Shown in pieces: positions 10,901-20,526 of a stretch of DNA of 64,000 nucleotides. Origin of the DNA: an uncultured Actinomycetota bacterium. GTDB lineage: Bacteria; Actinomycetota; Actinomycetes; Nanopelagicales; Nanopelagicaceae. Below the pieces are notes generated by a model. The model was not told where the DNA came from and did not search any database. It worked only from the letters and a program-made list of their open reading frames with translations. Location: contig CAVQBB010000006.1 of assembly GCA_963710655.1 (NCBI GenBank), forward strand, positions 3,423-67,422. The letters are read 5' to 3'. Position 1 is the first letter of the stretch; every line of letters starts with the position of its first letter. A program made the position numbers and the translations under genes.

Positions 10901-12718
10901 ATGAAGAATCCACTATTTGCCCATCATGATGGAAGCGAAATTTATATAAGCAATAGTGCTCCCGCTATTAGGGAAGAAGTTAACTTTCGATTTCGCATTT
11001 CAAATGACGTGACTCTTGATCGCGCCATGTTACGCGTGTATCACGATGGTGAGCCACGCCTATTCGAAATGTCCATCGCAGATGTTGGTCCCGTCGAAAC
11101 TTGGTGGAGTGTAAGCGTTCCAGTACTCAATCCCGTTACTCCGTACCGTTTCTTACTAATAAAAGATGGAAATTATTCTTGGTTAAATGCAGCGGGACTC
11201 TTTCCGCATGAGGTAACAAGTACAAATGATTTCAAGATTCTTGCAAGACCCAGTTTCCCGAAATGGATAAATAGGTCGGTTTTCTATCAAATATTTCCGG
11301 ACCGCTTTGCTAGTTCTGGTAAAAAATATAAGACTCCCGAAAATTTTATCCGCCGCAATTGGGATGATCTTCCTAAGGGCAAAGACCCAACTACGGGAGT
11401 GGAGCTATTTGGCGGTGACTTACCTGGGGTTGAACAGCATCTAGACCACATTGTTGAACTCGGTATCAACGGCATCTATTTCACGCCCTTCTTTGCAGCC
11501 AACTCCACCCACCGTTATGACGCATCCTCTTTTGATGAAGTCGACCCGTTACTTGGGGGAGATAAGGCGATGTTCTCTCTCAAGCGAAAGACCAAGGAGC
11601 TCGGGATCGCCGTAATGGGGGATCTCACTACCAACCACTGCGGCCGACTCCACCCGTGGTTGATCAAGGCGCTCAAAGATAAGAAATCTAAGGAGCGAGC
11701 CTTTTTCTACTGGGATAAATCGATTCCTCATGGCTACGTCGGCTGGTGGGGTCTGGCCAGTCTTCCAAAGTTCAATTTCTCATCGGAACTCCTGAAGCGT
11801 CGCTTGTATGCCGGCAAGGATTCGATAGTGCGAAAGTGGCTACAGGCTCCGTATTCCATGTCGGGGTGGCGAATCGACGTAGGAAATATGACCGGGCGGT
11901 ACTTCGAAGATGACTTTAACGCTGAAGTCGTTCATGGAATTCGCCAGGCCATGGATGAAACAAATCCCGATGCCTGGCTCGTCGCTGAAAATGCCGATCA
12001 CTTCCCAGCCGATCTCAATGGATTGGGCTGGCATGGAACGATGAACTACAACGGATTTATGCGACCAATATGGGGATGGCTTAATAAGGATCCGCAGGTT
12101 GAGTATGGGTTTTTTGGGCAGCCGACCGAAATCCCGAAGGTGACAGGTCCACAACTGGTCTCTGCGATGACGCAATTTAACGCGGGTATTCCTTGGAGGA
12201 ATCTGGTGGCAAGTATGTTGCTCCTCGATTCACATGACACAGCTCGCTTTAGAAATGTAGTTGGTAAAGATCCCGTTCGCCACCTCGTGGGTATGGCCCT
12301 TCTGCTTACCTATCCGGGAGTTCCATCGATCTTTGCTGGAGATGAGATTGGATTGGAAGGCGCATGGGGAGAGGATGCCAGACGCACTATTCCGTGGGAT
12401 AAGAGAGAGCGTTGGGATAACAAATTCTTCGAAGAAGTAAAAGCCCTTGTTGCAGTCAGAAGGTCGAGCGAGGCACTCGCTTTAGGTGGTCTGCGCTTTA
12501 TTTACGTTACAGATGATGTCGTTGCATTTTTGCGAGAGAGTCACGCTGAGACGATTTTAGTTGCGCTCTCGCGTAACCCAGTTCAATTTAATATCTCCTT
12601 GGCTCCTTTTGGGTATGAAGTCGAAAAGGTACTTTACGGAAGTGGTCAGATCGGTGCTCATATTTCACGTAATGACACCGAACCCGCCGTTGGGATTTAT
12701 CAATTGAGTCGGAGTTAA
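10901..12718 (+). CDS. Cytoplasmic GH13 alpha-glucosidase / maltodextrin glucosidase-like enzyme
   Basis: Shows the GH13 conserved regions GDLTTNH, GWRIDVGNM and LLDSHDTARF. No signal peptide is present. Confidence 0.8.
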   Translation: MKNPLFAHHDGSEIYISNSAPAIREEVNFRFRISNDVTLDRAMLRVYHDGEPRLFEMSIADVGPVETWWSVSVPVLNPVTPYRFLLIKDGNYSWLNAAGLFPHEVTSTNDFKILARPSFPKWINRSVFYQIFPDRFASSGKKYKTPENFIRRNWDDLPKGKDPTTGVELFGGDLPGVEQHLDHIVELGINGIYFTPFFAANSTHRYDASSFDEVDPLLGGDKAMFSLKRKTKELGIAVMGDLTTNHCGRLHPWLIKALKDKKSKERAFFYWDKSIPHGYVGWWGLASLPKFNFSSELLKRRLYAGKDSIVRKWLQAPYSMSGWRIDVGNMTGRYFEDDFNAEVVHGIRQAMDETNPDAWLVAENADHFPADLNGLGWHGTMNYNGFMRPIWGWLNKDPQVEYGFFGQPTEIPKVTGPQLVSAMTQFNAGIPWRNLVASMLLLDSHDTARFRNVVGKDPVRHLVGMALLLTYPGVPSIFAGDEIGLEGAWGEDARRTIPWDKRERWDNKFFEEVKALVAVRRSSEALALGGLRFIYVTDDVVAFLRESHAETILVALSRNPVQFNISLAPFGYEVEKVLYGSGQIGAHISRNDTEPAVGIYQLSRS

Positions 12719-12722
12719 TGAG

Positions 12723-14873
12723 GTGAGGTTCGGACGAGTCGCTCTGCTTGCCGCGACAACGCTGGGCGTGACCTTGTTGGTAGTTGCTCCAACCTCAACC
12801 TTTGCTTCGAGCAGTACCCCCGCTCCAAATCTGGCAGTACCGCGGGGAGATTTGAGCACGCAGTCCACATATTTTGTGATGACCGATCGCTTTGCAAATG
12901 GCGATACCTCGAACGACAATGCGGGAACTCCGTGTGCCTCTACCTCGTGCCCCGATTCGGGCTTTGATCCAACGAGTCCTGCGTATTATCACGGAGGAGA
13001 TTTCAAGGGATTAACGGCACACCTTCCCTATATCAAATCGCTTGGCTTCACCTCACTCTGGATTACTCCTCCTGTGAAGGGTCAATATGTACAGGGTAGT
13101 TCCGCCGACTATCACGGATACTGGGGGCTGGACTTCACAACGGTTGATCCGCACCTCGGAACTGAGGCTGACTTTAAAGCGCTAGTCGCCGCGGCCCACA
13201 AGTTAGGTATGAAAGTTATTCTCGACATCGTTGTTAACCACACTGCAGATGTCATAACGTATCAAGGCGGAAATTACAGTTATGTGAGCGCAGATTCGAC
13301 CCCTTATAAGAGCTGCGATGGAAAGCCATTTAACCCTGCCGATTACGCGGGCCTACCTACCTTTCCCAAGCTCTGCGTTGCCAACTCGTTCCCGTATGTT
13401 CCGCAGGTAGCGCCAGATTTAGCAAACACCAAAAGTCCAGCATTCTTAAATGACTTAACCAACTACCACAACCGAGGGAATATTGATTTCAGTGATGGAA
13501 GCACATTTCTCGATGGTGATTTTGATGGCCTCGACGATCTCTTTACTGAGAAACCAGAAGTTCTTCAAGGTGAGATCGCACTGTGGTCGAGTTGGATCAC
13601 CAAATTCAATATCGACGGTTTTCGCATTGACACAACTCCATATGTGAATGCTGCATTTTGGCAGAAATTCATTCCGGCAATCTTGAAAGTAGCTCACGCT
13701 AACGGTCATGCAACATTTCCGATATTTGGCGAAGTATCTTTTTCAGATCCTTCATCAACTGCCACTTACGTAACCGAGCAAGGCCTTCCAAGTGTTCTAG
13801 ATTTCCCACTTCAAGCTGTGGCCTCCAAGTATGTAGTGAATAGCGGAACTGGTCAGCAATTGGCTGAGTTTTTCAACACCGACGATTTCTATACGAGTGC
13901 GAATACCAGCGCCTATGGACTTGCCACCTTTATGGGTAATCACGACATGGGTCGAATCGGAAGTGTTATCTACAACGCGGATCAATTTGCTGGCGACCAG
14001 GCAATGCTCCAACGCGACGAAATGAGCGATGCACTGCTCTTTCTATTGCGGGGTGGACCAATTCTTTATTACGGAGACGAGAAGGGGATGACCGGTACCG
14101 GTGGAGACCAAGCAGCCCGTCAAGATATGTTTCCGACTCAAGTTACCAACTGGCAGACCGAATACAGAATTGGCGGTTCACCTATTGGAACTCAAAGCGC
14201 CTTTGATCTCCAAAATCCGATGCAGGATGTAATTACCTCTCTGCAGAATCTGACAGCAAAATACCCTGCCCTTCGCTCTGGCACTCAACAAGTGAGATAT
14301 GGAGATTCGTCTGTCTTTGCTGTGAGTCGATACGGCGGAGGAGAAGAGTTCCTAGTCGCATTTAATAACAGCGACGCGCAGTCGACCTTCACCACGCCTG
14401 TTTCTACCAAGAGTCCAACGTGGAGCACCCTGAGTGGCTCTGCCATCGGCCTCAAAGTGGCCGGAACTAATCTGACGATGACGCTACCTGCAAGAGCATG
14501 GGTGGTTCTAAAAGCTGATAAAACCTTCACCCCAGCCCTCACCAAAAAGCAACTTTCCATCACCCTTAATTCGCCCGCGCTCGATTTCGATACCCCTCGC
14601 TGGCTTGGCGTAACTGCAACCGTCCCTGGCAATGATTTTGAGACTGTCACGTTCAGTATCCGTCTGCCAGGTAAGCCTTGGAGTTCTCTTGGCAGCACCG
14701 ATCGCCGAACTTTCGGGAGTGCAGATGTAACCGGGGGGTTGTACAGAACCTATATCCATCCACAGGATTACAAAGCTGGCACTACTGTGCAACTGGTTGC
14801 AACAGTTAAGGATGCCCTAGGAAATGTTGCGAGTTCCAAAATTTTGACTTACAAGGTCAATTACTCTGGTTGA
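12723..14873 (+). CDS. Secreted GH13 alpha-amylase with C-terminal accessory domain
   Basis: GTG start followed by a signal peptide (RFGRVALLAATTLGVTLLVVAPTSTFA). Shows the GH13 regions DIVVNHTA, GFRIDTTPYV, FGEV and FMGNHDMGR. Confidence 0.8.
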   Translation: MRFGRVALLAATTLGVTLLVVAPTSTFASSSTPAPNLAVPRGDLSTQSTYFVMTDRFANGDTSNDNAGTPCASTSCPDSGFDPTSPAYYHGGDFKGLTAHLPYIKSLGFTSLWITPPVKGQYVQGSSADYHGYWGLDFTTVDPHLGTEADFKALVAAAHKLGMKVILDIVVNHTADVITYQGGNYSYVSADSTPYKSCDGKPFNPADYAGLPTFPKLCVANSFPYVPQVAPDLANTKSPAFLNDLTNYHNRGNIDFSDGSTFLDGDFDGLDDLFTEKPEVLQGEIALWSSWITKFNIDGFRIDTTPYVNAAFWQKFIPAILKVAHANGHATFPIFGEVSFSDPSSTATYVTEQGLPSVLDFPLQAVASKYVVNSGTGQQLAEFFNTDDFYTSANTSAYGLATFMGNHDMGRIGSVIYNADQFAGDQAMLQRDEMSDALLFLLRGGPILYYGDEKGMTGTGGDQAARQDMFPTQVTNWQTEYRIGGSPIGTQSAFDLQNPMQDVITSLQNLTAKYPALRSGTQQVRYGDSSVFAVSRYGGGEEFLVAFNNSDAQSTFTTPVSTKSPTWSTLSGSAIGLKVAGTNLTMTLPARAWVVLKADKTFTPALTKKQLSITLNSPALDFDTPRWLGVTATVPGNDFETVTFSIRLPGKPWSSLGSTDRRTFGSADVTGGLYRTYIHPQDYKAGTTVQLVATVKDALGNVASSKILTYKVNYSG

Positions 14874-15705
14874 GCCAAAATCGCAGCGCTTGATTGGCGT
14901 AGCTACTCCATGATCGCTCATTATGCGTTGTTCGATTGAATATCGGCGTAGCCAGGTCGTGCCCATATCGATAACCGGAAGCGACTGCATAGTTATTAGC
15001 TAACTCTTGGAAGGGTCCGTAATTGGCATCGTGCGATTTTGTTCCACGGCTCATCCAGATTTTGTTCTGGCCAGCAGGAGGGAGTGCACTCATTAGTCGC
15101 TCTACGAGCGGTTCTCTTCCAACGGTCCAATGCGGTGAGAATGAGAGAGCGGTCCTAAAGGTTTCTGGATAGCGAGCCATTCCGTAGAGAGATGCCAAGC
15201 CACCCATGCTTGCGCCCAAGAGGGCTGTTTGTGCAGGAGCGAGATCGTGACCAACAAATGCACAGACGCTAGGAATGATGGAATGAACTATCTCGTCAAG
15301 ATACTGATTTCCGCGTAGCTCACTCAGCGGATAACTCGGGGTGGGAGTTGGCCATATTCCAGAGTGGTTAACGACAGGTTCAACACCATCAGTGAAAACA
15401 TCTTGTGGAGCAAGATCTTTCCCTCGCCCATAAGGATCTTGAGGACTGCCAGAGTGAAAGATAGCAATGATGACTGGGGCGGGCACCCCATACTCGCGCG
15501 CTACCTTGGTGGCAGTGCCGGCAAGCTCCCACGTGCGATTGCGCGTAGAAGTCTTTTTATCAAAGATATTTTGCCCATCATGAGTGACTACTAGGTATGG
15601 GGTTGGTTGAGCGGGCGCCCAGAAATCTACGATCCGCCCATCGAAACTCGTGCGCTGGACTGTTCCGGCTGCGCCCCGCACTTGATATTTTTTCAAGATC
15701 TCCAT
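14857..15705 (-). CDS. Alpha/beta-hydrolase esterase family protein
   Basis: Has the GASMGG nucleophile elbow. I place the start at the ATG at 15703-15705 (MEILKKYQ...), which has GGAG 5 nt upstream. The track start at 15735 overlaps the photolyase start. Confidence 0.7.
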   Translation of the reverse strand: MEILKKYQVRGAAGTVQRTSFDGRIVDFWAPAQPTPYLVVTHDGQNIFDKKTSTRNRTWELAGTATKVAREYGVPAPVIIAIFHSGSPQDPYGRGKDLAPQDVFTDGVEPVVNHSGIWPTPTPSYPLSELRGNQYLDEIVHSIIPSVCAFVGHDLAPAQTALLGASMGGLASLYGMARYPETFRTALSFSPHWTVGREPLVERLMSALPPAGQNKIWMSRGTKSHDANYGPFQELANNYAVASGYRYGHDLATPIFNRTTHNERSWSSYANQALRFWLNQSN

Positions 15706-15733
15706 CGCGACTCCATTGTGAAAGGATAGCCAC

Positions 15734-17101
15734 ATGGCAAAGCGATCCCTCTTTTGGTTTCGGCGTGACCTTCGCCTTTCCGATAATCCAGCGCTTCAAG
15801 ATGCTCTCGCTGCCGCCGATGAAACCCTCTTGCTTTTTATTATGGACGAGGCTGTTGCCGAGAGGGCGGGTGAATATCGTCGCGCATACTTGGCTGATTC
15901 ATTGGCGAAGTTGGATGAATCTGTTGGCGGAAAGTTGGCCGTCATTTCTGGAACCGTCCCAGAAGTCTTGCAGGATGTTATCGGGCGCTATGGAATCTCG
16001 AGCGTTCATGCCGCTCACGAATATGCCCCTTACGGAGTAGCTGCGGAGGCAGCCCTATCTGCCAAGGGAATCTCCGTTGAGTACACCGGGTCGAGCTATG
16101 CAGTAGCCCCAGGTCGAGTCCAAAAACCGGACGGCTCTAACTATCGGGTCTATACCCCTTTTTATCGGGCCTGGTTGAGCCATGGTTGGCGTGATCCTGC
16201 GCCAACTCCGATTGCGCCTAACTTTGCAACACCTGTCCCTGGCGATCGCAATCTCCCAGTATGGGCCGCGCCTGCCGGCTTAAAACTCCAGGAGGCTGGG
16301 GAAGCGGCAGCGCTGGCGAGGTGGCGTACTTACAAAATCAGCCATCTTGATAATTATGACGAAGCCAGGAACTTTCCCTGGGGTACCAGGTACGAGCCGA
16401 TTGAGCCCGCATCTGCGATGGGGCGAGATTCATCCTCGCACTCTCTTGTCCGGGCTGAATCAATCTAGTGCGCAGCAGGTATTTCGAAAAGAGATTGCCT
16501 GGCGCGAGTTTTATGCCGACGTTCTCCATCACTACCCGCACACCTCGCGTGACTACTACTCACCAAATTATTCTGCGATGCGATATGACAAACCGGATGC
16601 GCAATTTAGAGCTTGGTGCGCTGGATTAACGGGATACCCCATTGTTGATGCAGGAATGCGACAACTTCGTCAAGAAGGCTGGATGCACAACAGAGTTCGA
16701 ATGATCGTTGCCTCGTTCCTAGTAAAGGACCTCCATATCGAGTGGCAATACGGGGCAAATTTCTTTATGAAATTTCTTATAGATAACGACGTTGCATCAA
16801 ATTCACATGGATGGCAATGGACTGCAGGTTGTGGCACCGATGCATCGCCCTACTATCGAGTCTTTAATCCAACTGAACAAGGTAGGCGCTTTGATCCAGA
16901 TGGCAGTTACATCCGCACATACATTCCCGAATTAGCTCATTTGAGTGCGACGATATTCATACACCGTGGGAAGTTCTCGATGGATTGAGTCATGGATATC
17001 CAGCACCAATAGTCGATCACGCGCAGGAGCGTTTGGAATCTCTGGCAAGGTTAGAAGAAATTAAGGTGTCCAAAGAACCATACCCCCACCAGAGCGTTTA
17101 G
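15734..17101 (+). pseudogene. phr: Deoxyribodipyrimidine photolyase, frame broken twice as assembled
   Basis: N-terminus FWFRRDLRLSDNPAL, and the FAD domain motif TGYPIVDAGMRQL..GWMHNRVRMIVASFL. The frame runs 2 -> 3 at about 16376-16384 (CCCTGGGG) and 3 -> 2 at about 16948-16952. The tail ...DIHTPWEVLDGLSHGYPAPIVDH... ends at TAG 17099-17101. Confidence 0.8.
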
Positions 17102-18449
17102 CTTCATACATGGCGCTATCTGCTCTCTGGAGCAGATCTGAATCTCCATCATTGATCACGCGTCCAATGCTTACGCCTACAGAAATCTCCTCTCCGGCAA
17201 CGTCAAAGGGATAACTCGTGGTCGATGTTAGAGCCAGGGCAACCTCATGACCTAAGTGAGAGCTTCCGGGAATCACCACTCCAAATTCATCTCCACCGAG
17301 GCGAGCTAGTAACGCTCCACTAGGAATAACTCTAGAAAACCGTAAGGATATTTGACGAAGAAGTTGGTCACCTGCCTCGTGACCGAGATTGTCATTTACC
17401 GCCTTAAAACCATCTAGATCTAATAACAAAATCGTTCCGGGGTTGGTGCCCAGCGCGGATATATGGGCGATGAATGTTCGGCGATTGGCCAGACCTGTCA
17501 GTTCATCAATTCGAGCCAACTCGAAATTTGTGGAGGCGCTCCTTGCCTCTCTCAGTGCAAAGACGAGTCGAGCGATGGAAAGTGCAATGGTGGCAATTGC
17601 CGGAACTAATGCAGTCGATGGAATAGTTCCCGGTTTAAGTGCCGAGTATGCAAGCGTCGCCCCACTAAAAATGGTGGCGAGTGTTGTGGCAAACCCGATA
17701 ATTCTTTCGCTCACTTGAGTTTCACCACCATGGTGCCAGAGAGCTTCTGCAATTAAGAGGAGACCAATCAACCAGCCATCGTCCGTTAATTGTGCAAATC
17801 CATAACCGGTAGTCGCTGACTTGTAGAGGAAATATAAATCAGTAGCTGTAAAGACCGCCGTGCCCAGAAGTAGAAATAACGATCGAACCGCCCGGCGTTG
17901 GACCATAACTACGATCAGTGCAATGGAGAGCAGCACGACGTCTCCTACGGGATAGACGATCGATAGAAATACCGAGGTGGCCGTCCCGACAAAATGGGCC
18001 ATTGCCGTTTTCAGTAGGAGTGCCGCAATGAGTGTAGAAAACCCAAAGGTAATAATGAGAACATCAAGAATTTCTGTCGGACGAAAAGTTCGGTGCACTG
18101 TCAAAGCTCGAATAAGTCCAAAGAGCATGAGAGGGTAGAAGAGGATGTAACAAATATCTGAAAAGTTGGGCCAGATGATGTTTCCATAAAAGGAGTCCCA
18201 AGTAGTTGAAGTGGAGCCGACAGCCCACAGCAGAATCGCGCATCCAAGGGAGAGACGCGCTAAATGATCATTAAATGGCGGTGCTGAAAATGCAATTGCG
18301 GCGGCCAGGAAGGCTATGGCGTTATAAATATAAAGATCTATGAGTGGGGTGGGAGTGTGAAGAGCGCTCCTCAAGGCAATATGGAGAAGTAACAAGCCGA
18401 CCGTGCCAAATCGCAACCGTGCGTATGTAGACGCGGTCCCGATAGCCAT
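17061..18449 (-). CDS. Multi-pass membrane diguanylate cyclase (GGDEF domain)
   Basis: About 9-10 predicted TM helices are followed by a GGDEF domain containing RLGGDEFGVV. Confidence 0.85.
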   Translation of the reverse strand: MAIGTASTYARLRFGTVGLLLLHIALRSALHTPTPLIDLYIYNAIAFLAAAIAFSAPPFNDHLARLSLGCAILLWAVGSTSTTWDSFYGNIIWPNFSDICYILFYPLMLFGLIRALTVHRTFRPTEILDVLIITFGFSTLIAALLLKTAMAHFVGTATSVFLSIVYPVGDVVLLSIALIVVMVQRRAVRSLFLLLGTAVFTATDLYFLYKSATTGYGFAQLTDDGWLIGLLLIAEALWHHGGETQVSERIIGFATTLATIFSGATLAYSALKPGTIPSTALVPAIATIALSIARLVFALREARSASTNFELARIDELTGLANRRTFIAHISALGTNPGTILLLDLDGFKAVNDNLGHEAGDQLLRQISLRFSRVIPSGALLARLGGDEFGVVIPGSSHLGHEVALALTSTTSYPFDVAGEEISVGVSIGRVINDGDSDLLQRADSAMYEAKRSGGGMVLWTP

Positions 18450-18511
18450 CGCAAGAGGCTAACTAATTACTTAAAAGGTGAACAGTGGATTATTCATCTG
18501 TTCTGGATAAC

Positions 18512-18558
18512 AGAACTGCGGATGACTTGGGAATTACACCCATGTCATCCGCAGTTCT
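18512..18558 (-). terminator. Hairpin with a perfect 15-bp stem downstream of the secreted-protein gene
   Basis: AGAACTGCGGATGAC at 18512-18526 pairs with GTCATCCGCAGTTCT at 18544-18558. There is no clear U-tract, so terminator function is uncertain. Confidence 0.3.
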
Positions 18559-18582
18559 TACTGCTAGTTGGTTTAGCTAGAT

Positions 18583-19365
18583 TTATAAACCAGCCTTGCA
18601 GGCCAAAGCGCGAGTGGATTTGGCTGAAGCTGTCTGGCTTGATAGTTGGGAAGTAAGTTGCTTCTGCTGAGCAATCGCTCCATTAACGGTCGTGGTCCAG
18701 GTGGTGATCTGCGACTGGTAGTTAGTTACAGAAGATTGGACTCGAGCCAATTGGCGATTGAGAAGGTCGATGGTTCCTTGACGTGTCTTGATACCTAAAT
18801 TGAAGGCATCAATTGACTTCTGATCACTGATTGCCTGATTGCTACCGACCTTATCCTTCGCAAGTGCTGCGGTGTAGAAAGCTACTCGTGTCTGATCATC
18901 GGCGATCTTGGCTTGGTATGCCGCGATGGCAGCGGTCACTCCGACAGCAGTAGTTGCTGGTGTCTGGGTGTTAGGTACGAAGGTAATCGTGAATACCTGC
19001 TTGTTGGTGAGGTTATCTAAAGCCGCTTGAGCAGCGGTGAGAGCATTTTGATAGGAGGCCAATGTGCTCTGAGCTTTGTTCAAGGTATCCGTTGCATTCT
19101 TGGTGTAGGTGGCCAAGTTCGATACGTTGCTGAGGTAATCAGTTTGAGCAGCGACACAATTGGATGTAGCCCAGGTCAACTTAGGTGATGTCTTAAGAGG
19201 GTTTGCTACGCAGGTGTACGTTCCTGACTTAGCTTTAAGAGTGGTGCAGGCTGTACCTTGCTTGCCTGCGGCATCGGCCGAGGCGCTAAATGCAATTGAA
19301 CCGCCCGCGATAAGGGCACCAGCAAGGAGCACGCTCGCCAGCCTTCTAGTAGAGAGCTTCTTCAT
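18583..19365 (-). CDS. Secreted hypothetical protein, Ala/Thr/Gln-rich helical, four cysteines
   Basis: Has a signal peptide (MKKLSTRRLASVLLAGALIAGGSIAFSASADA). I recognised no family. Confidence 0.55.
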   Translation of the reverse strand: MKKLSTRRLASVLLAGALIAGGSIAFSASADAAGKQGTACTTLKAKSGTYTCVANPLKTSPKLTWATSNCVAAQTDYLSNVSNLATYTKNATDTLNKAQSTLASYQNALTAAQAALDNLTNKQVFTITFVPNTQTPATTAVGVTAAIAAYQAKIADDQTRVAFYTAALAKDKVGSNQAISDQKSIDAFNLGIKTRQGTIDLLNRQLARVQSSVTNYQSQITTWTTTVNGAIAQQKQLTSQLSSQTASAKSTRALACKAGL

Positions 19366-19519
19366 TGTTGATTCCTTCCATTGGCTCAGGTCTTCTGAGT
19401 CATGTGCTCAATAATAGAGCGTCGATCGCCCCCCAGTTGAGCAAATTGGGGATTTACGTTGTGAACTTCATGAGAATCAGCCCCGTTAAACTACCGATAC
19501 AGACTCAAAGTACCCCCAA

Positions 19520-19592
19520 GTCCCAGTAGCTCAGTGGATAGAGCAACCGCCTCCTAAGCGGTAGGTCGCCGGTTCAACTCCGGCCTGGGACA
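19520..19592 (+). tRNA. tRNA-Arg (anticodon CCT)
   Basis: The cloverleaf was folded by hand: acceptor GTCCCAG/CTGGGAC, D stem GCTC/GAGC, anticodon stem ACCGC/GCGGT with loop CTCCTAA, T arm GCCGG-TTCAACT-CCGGC. Confidence 0.9.
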
Positions 19593-19647
19593 CGTTTATG
19601 GTCTGCAATGAAGCGTCTCTCATCTGACTCGTTTAAGAATTTATCGA

Positions 19648-20475
19648 TCAGAAGATAATAGTTCGGTTGCCCGCAATAAATATTCGGTCCTGCGCAAATA
19701 ACTTAACGGCCTTAGAGAGCACGCGTCTTTCAATATCTCGACCTATTGAGACCAAATCCTCTGGAGTTGCGGCGTGCGAAACGTGGGCAACATCCTGCTC
19801 GATGATGGGCCCTTCATCGAGATCGGCAGTTACAAAGTGCGCGGTTGCACCAATCACCTTGACGCCTCTCTCGTGTGCTTGGTGATATGGCTTCGCACCC
19901 TTAAATCCAGGTAAGAATGAATGGTGAATATTGATGATCTTTCCAGGATAAGCAGCACAGAAACTTTCGCTCAGAATCTGCATGTATCTCGCAAGCACGA
20001 TGAAATCTATATTCAGATTGGTAATGCAATCCCGAATCACATCTTCTGCGTTGGCTTTCTCAGATGGAAGAAGTTGAAAAGGAATCCCATGTGATTCAAC
20101 AAGTTCTCGTAAATCCTCGTGATTTGAAAGCACCATCGGGATTTCAACGGGGAGCTCACCCAGTTCTTGAAGATAGAGCAGGTCTCTCAAACAGTGACTC
20201 TCTTTAGTTACTAGGACGAGCGCACGCTTCTTGGTATCACTCTCGCGAATTTCTATGGTCGGGGTGAGGTGACTCAAACCTTCAGTGAGGACCTTTGAAG
20301 CTGCAGAAAGAGGCCAAGATGATTCGATGCGGGTGCGCATAACGAAGAGACCAGTAGTGGGGTCGGTGAACTGTTGATTCTCGATGATATTTCCAGAACA
20401 GGCCAAGACTGCAGTTGTCATGGAATGAACAATGCCCGGTTGGTCTTTGCAAACAAGAGTGAGGATTGCATCCAT
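19648..20475 (-). CDS. purU: Formyltetrahydrofolate deformylase
   Basis: N-terminal ACT-like domain plus the formyltransferase motif NIHHSFLPGFKGAKPYHQAHERGVKVIGATAHFVT. Confidence 0.9.
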   Translation of the reverse strand: MDAILTLVCKDQPGIVHSMTTAVLACSGNIIENQQFTDPTTGLFVMRTRIESSWPLSAASKVLTEGLSHLTPTIEIRESDTKKRALVLVTKESHCLRDLLYLQELGELPVEIPMVLSNHEDLRELVESHGIPFQLLPSEKANAEDVIRDCITNLNIDFIVLARYMQILSESFCAAYPGKIINIHHSFLPGFKGAKPYHQAHERGVKVIGATAHFVTADLDEGPIIEQDVAHVSHAATPEDLVSIGRDIERRVLSKAVKLFAQDRIFIAGNRTIIF

Positions 20476-20526
20476 CCGCCGATGGTACCTACGGATGGAT
20501 GCAATCCAGTAACTGGTGGCTTCTAA

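Noticed and set aside
19520-19592. Genomic island or integrated element at tRNA-Arg(CCT) and tRNA-Arg(CCG)
   Set aside because: No integrase, no direct repeat of the tRNA 3' end and no phage or transposon genes were found near either tRNA-Arg. Only tRNA-Gln shows a 3'-end reiteration, which is reported separately.
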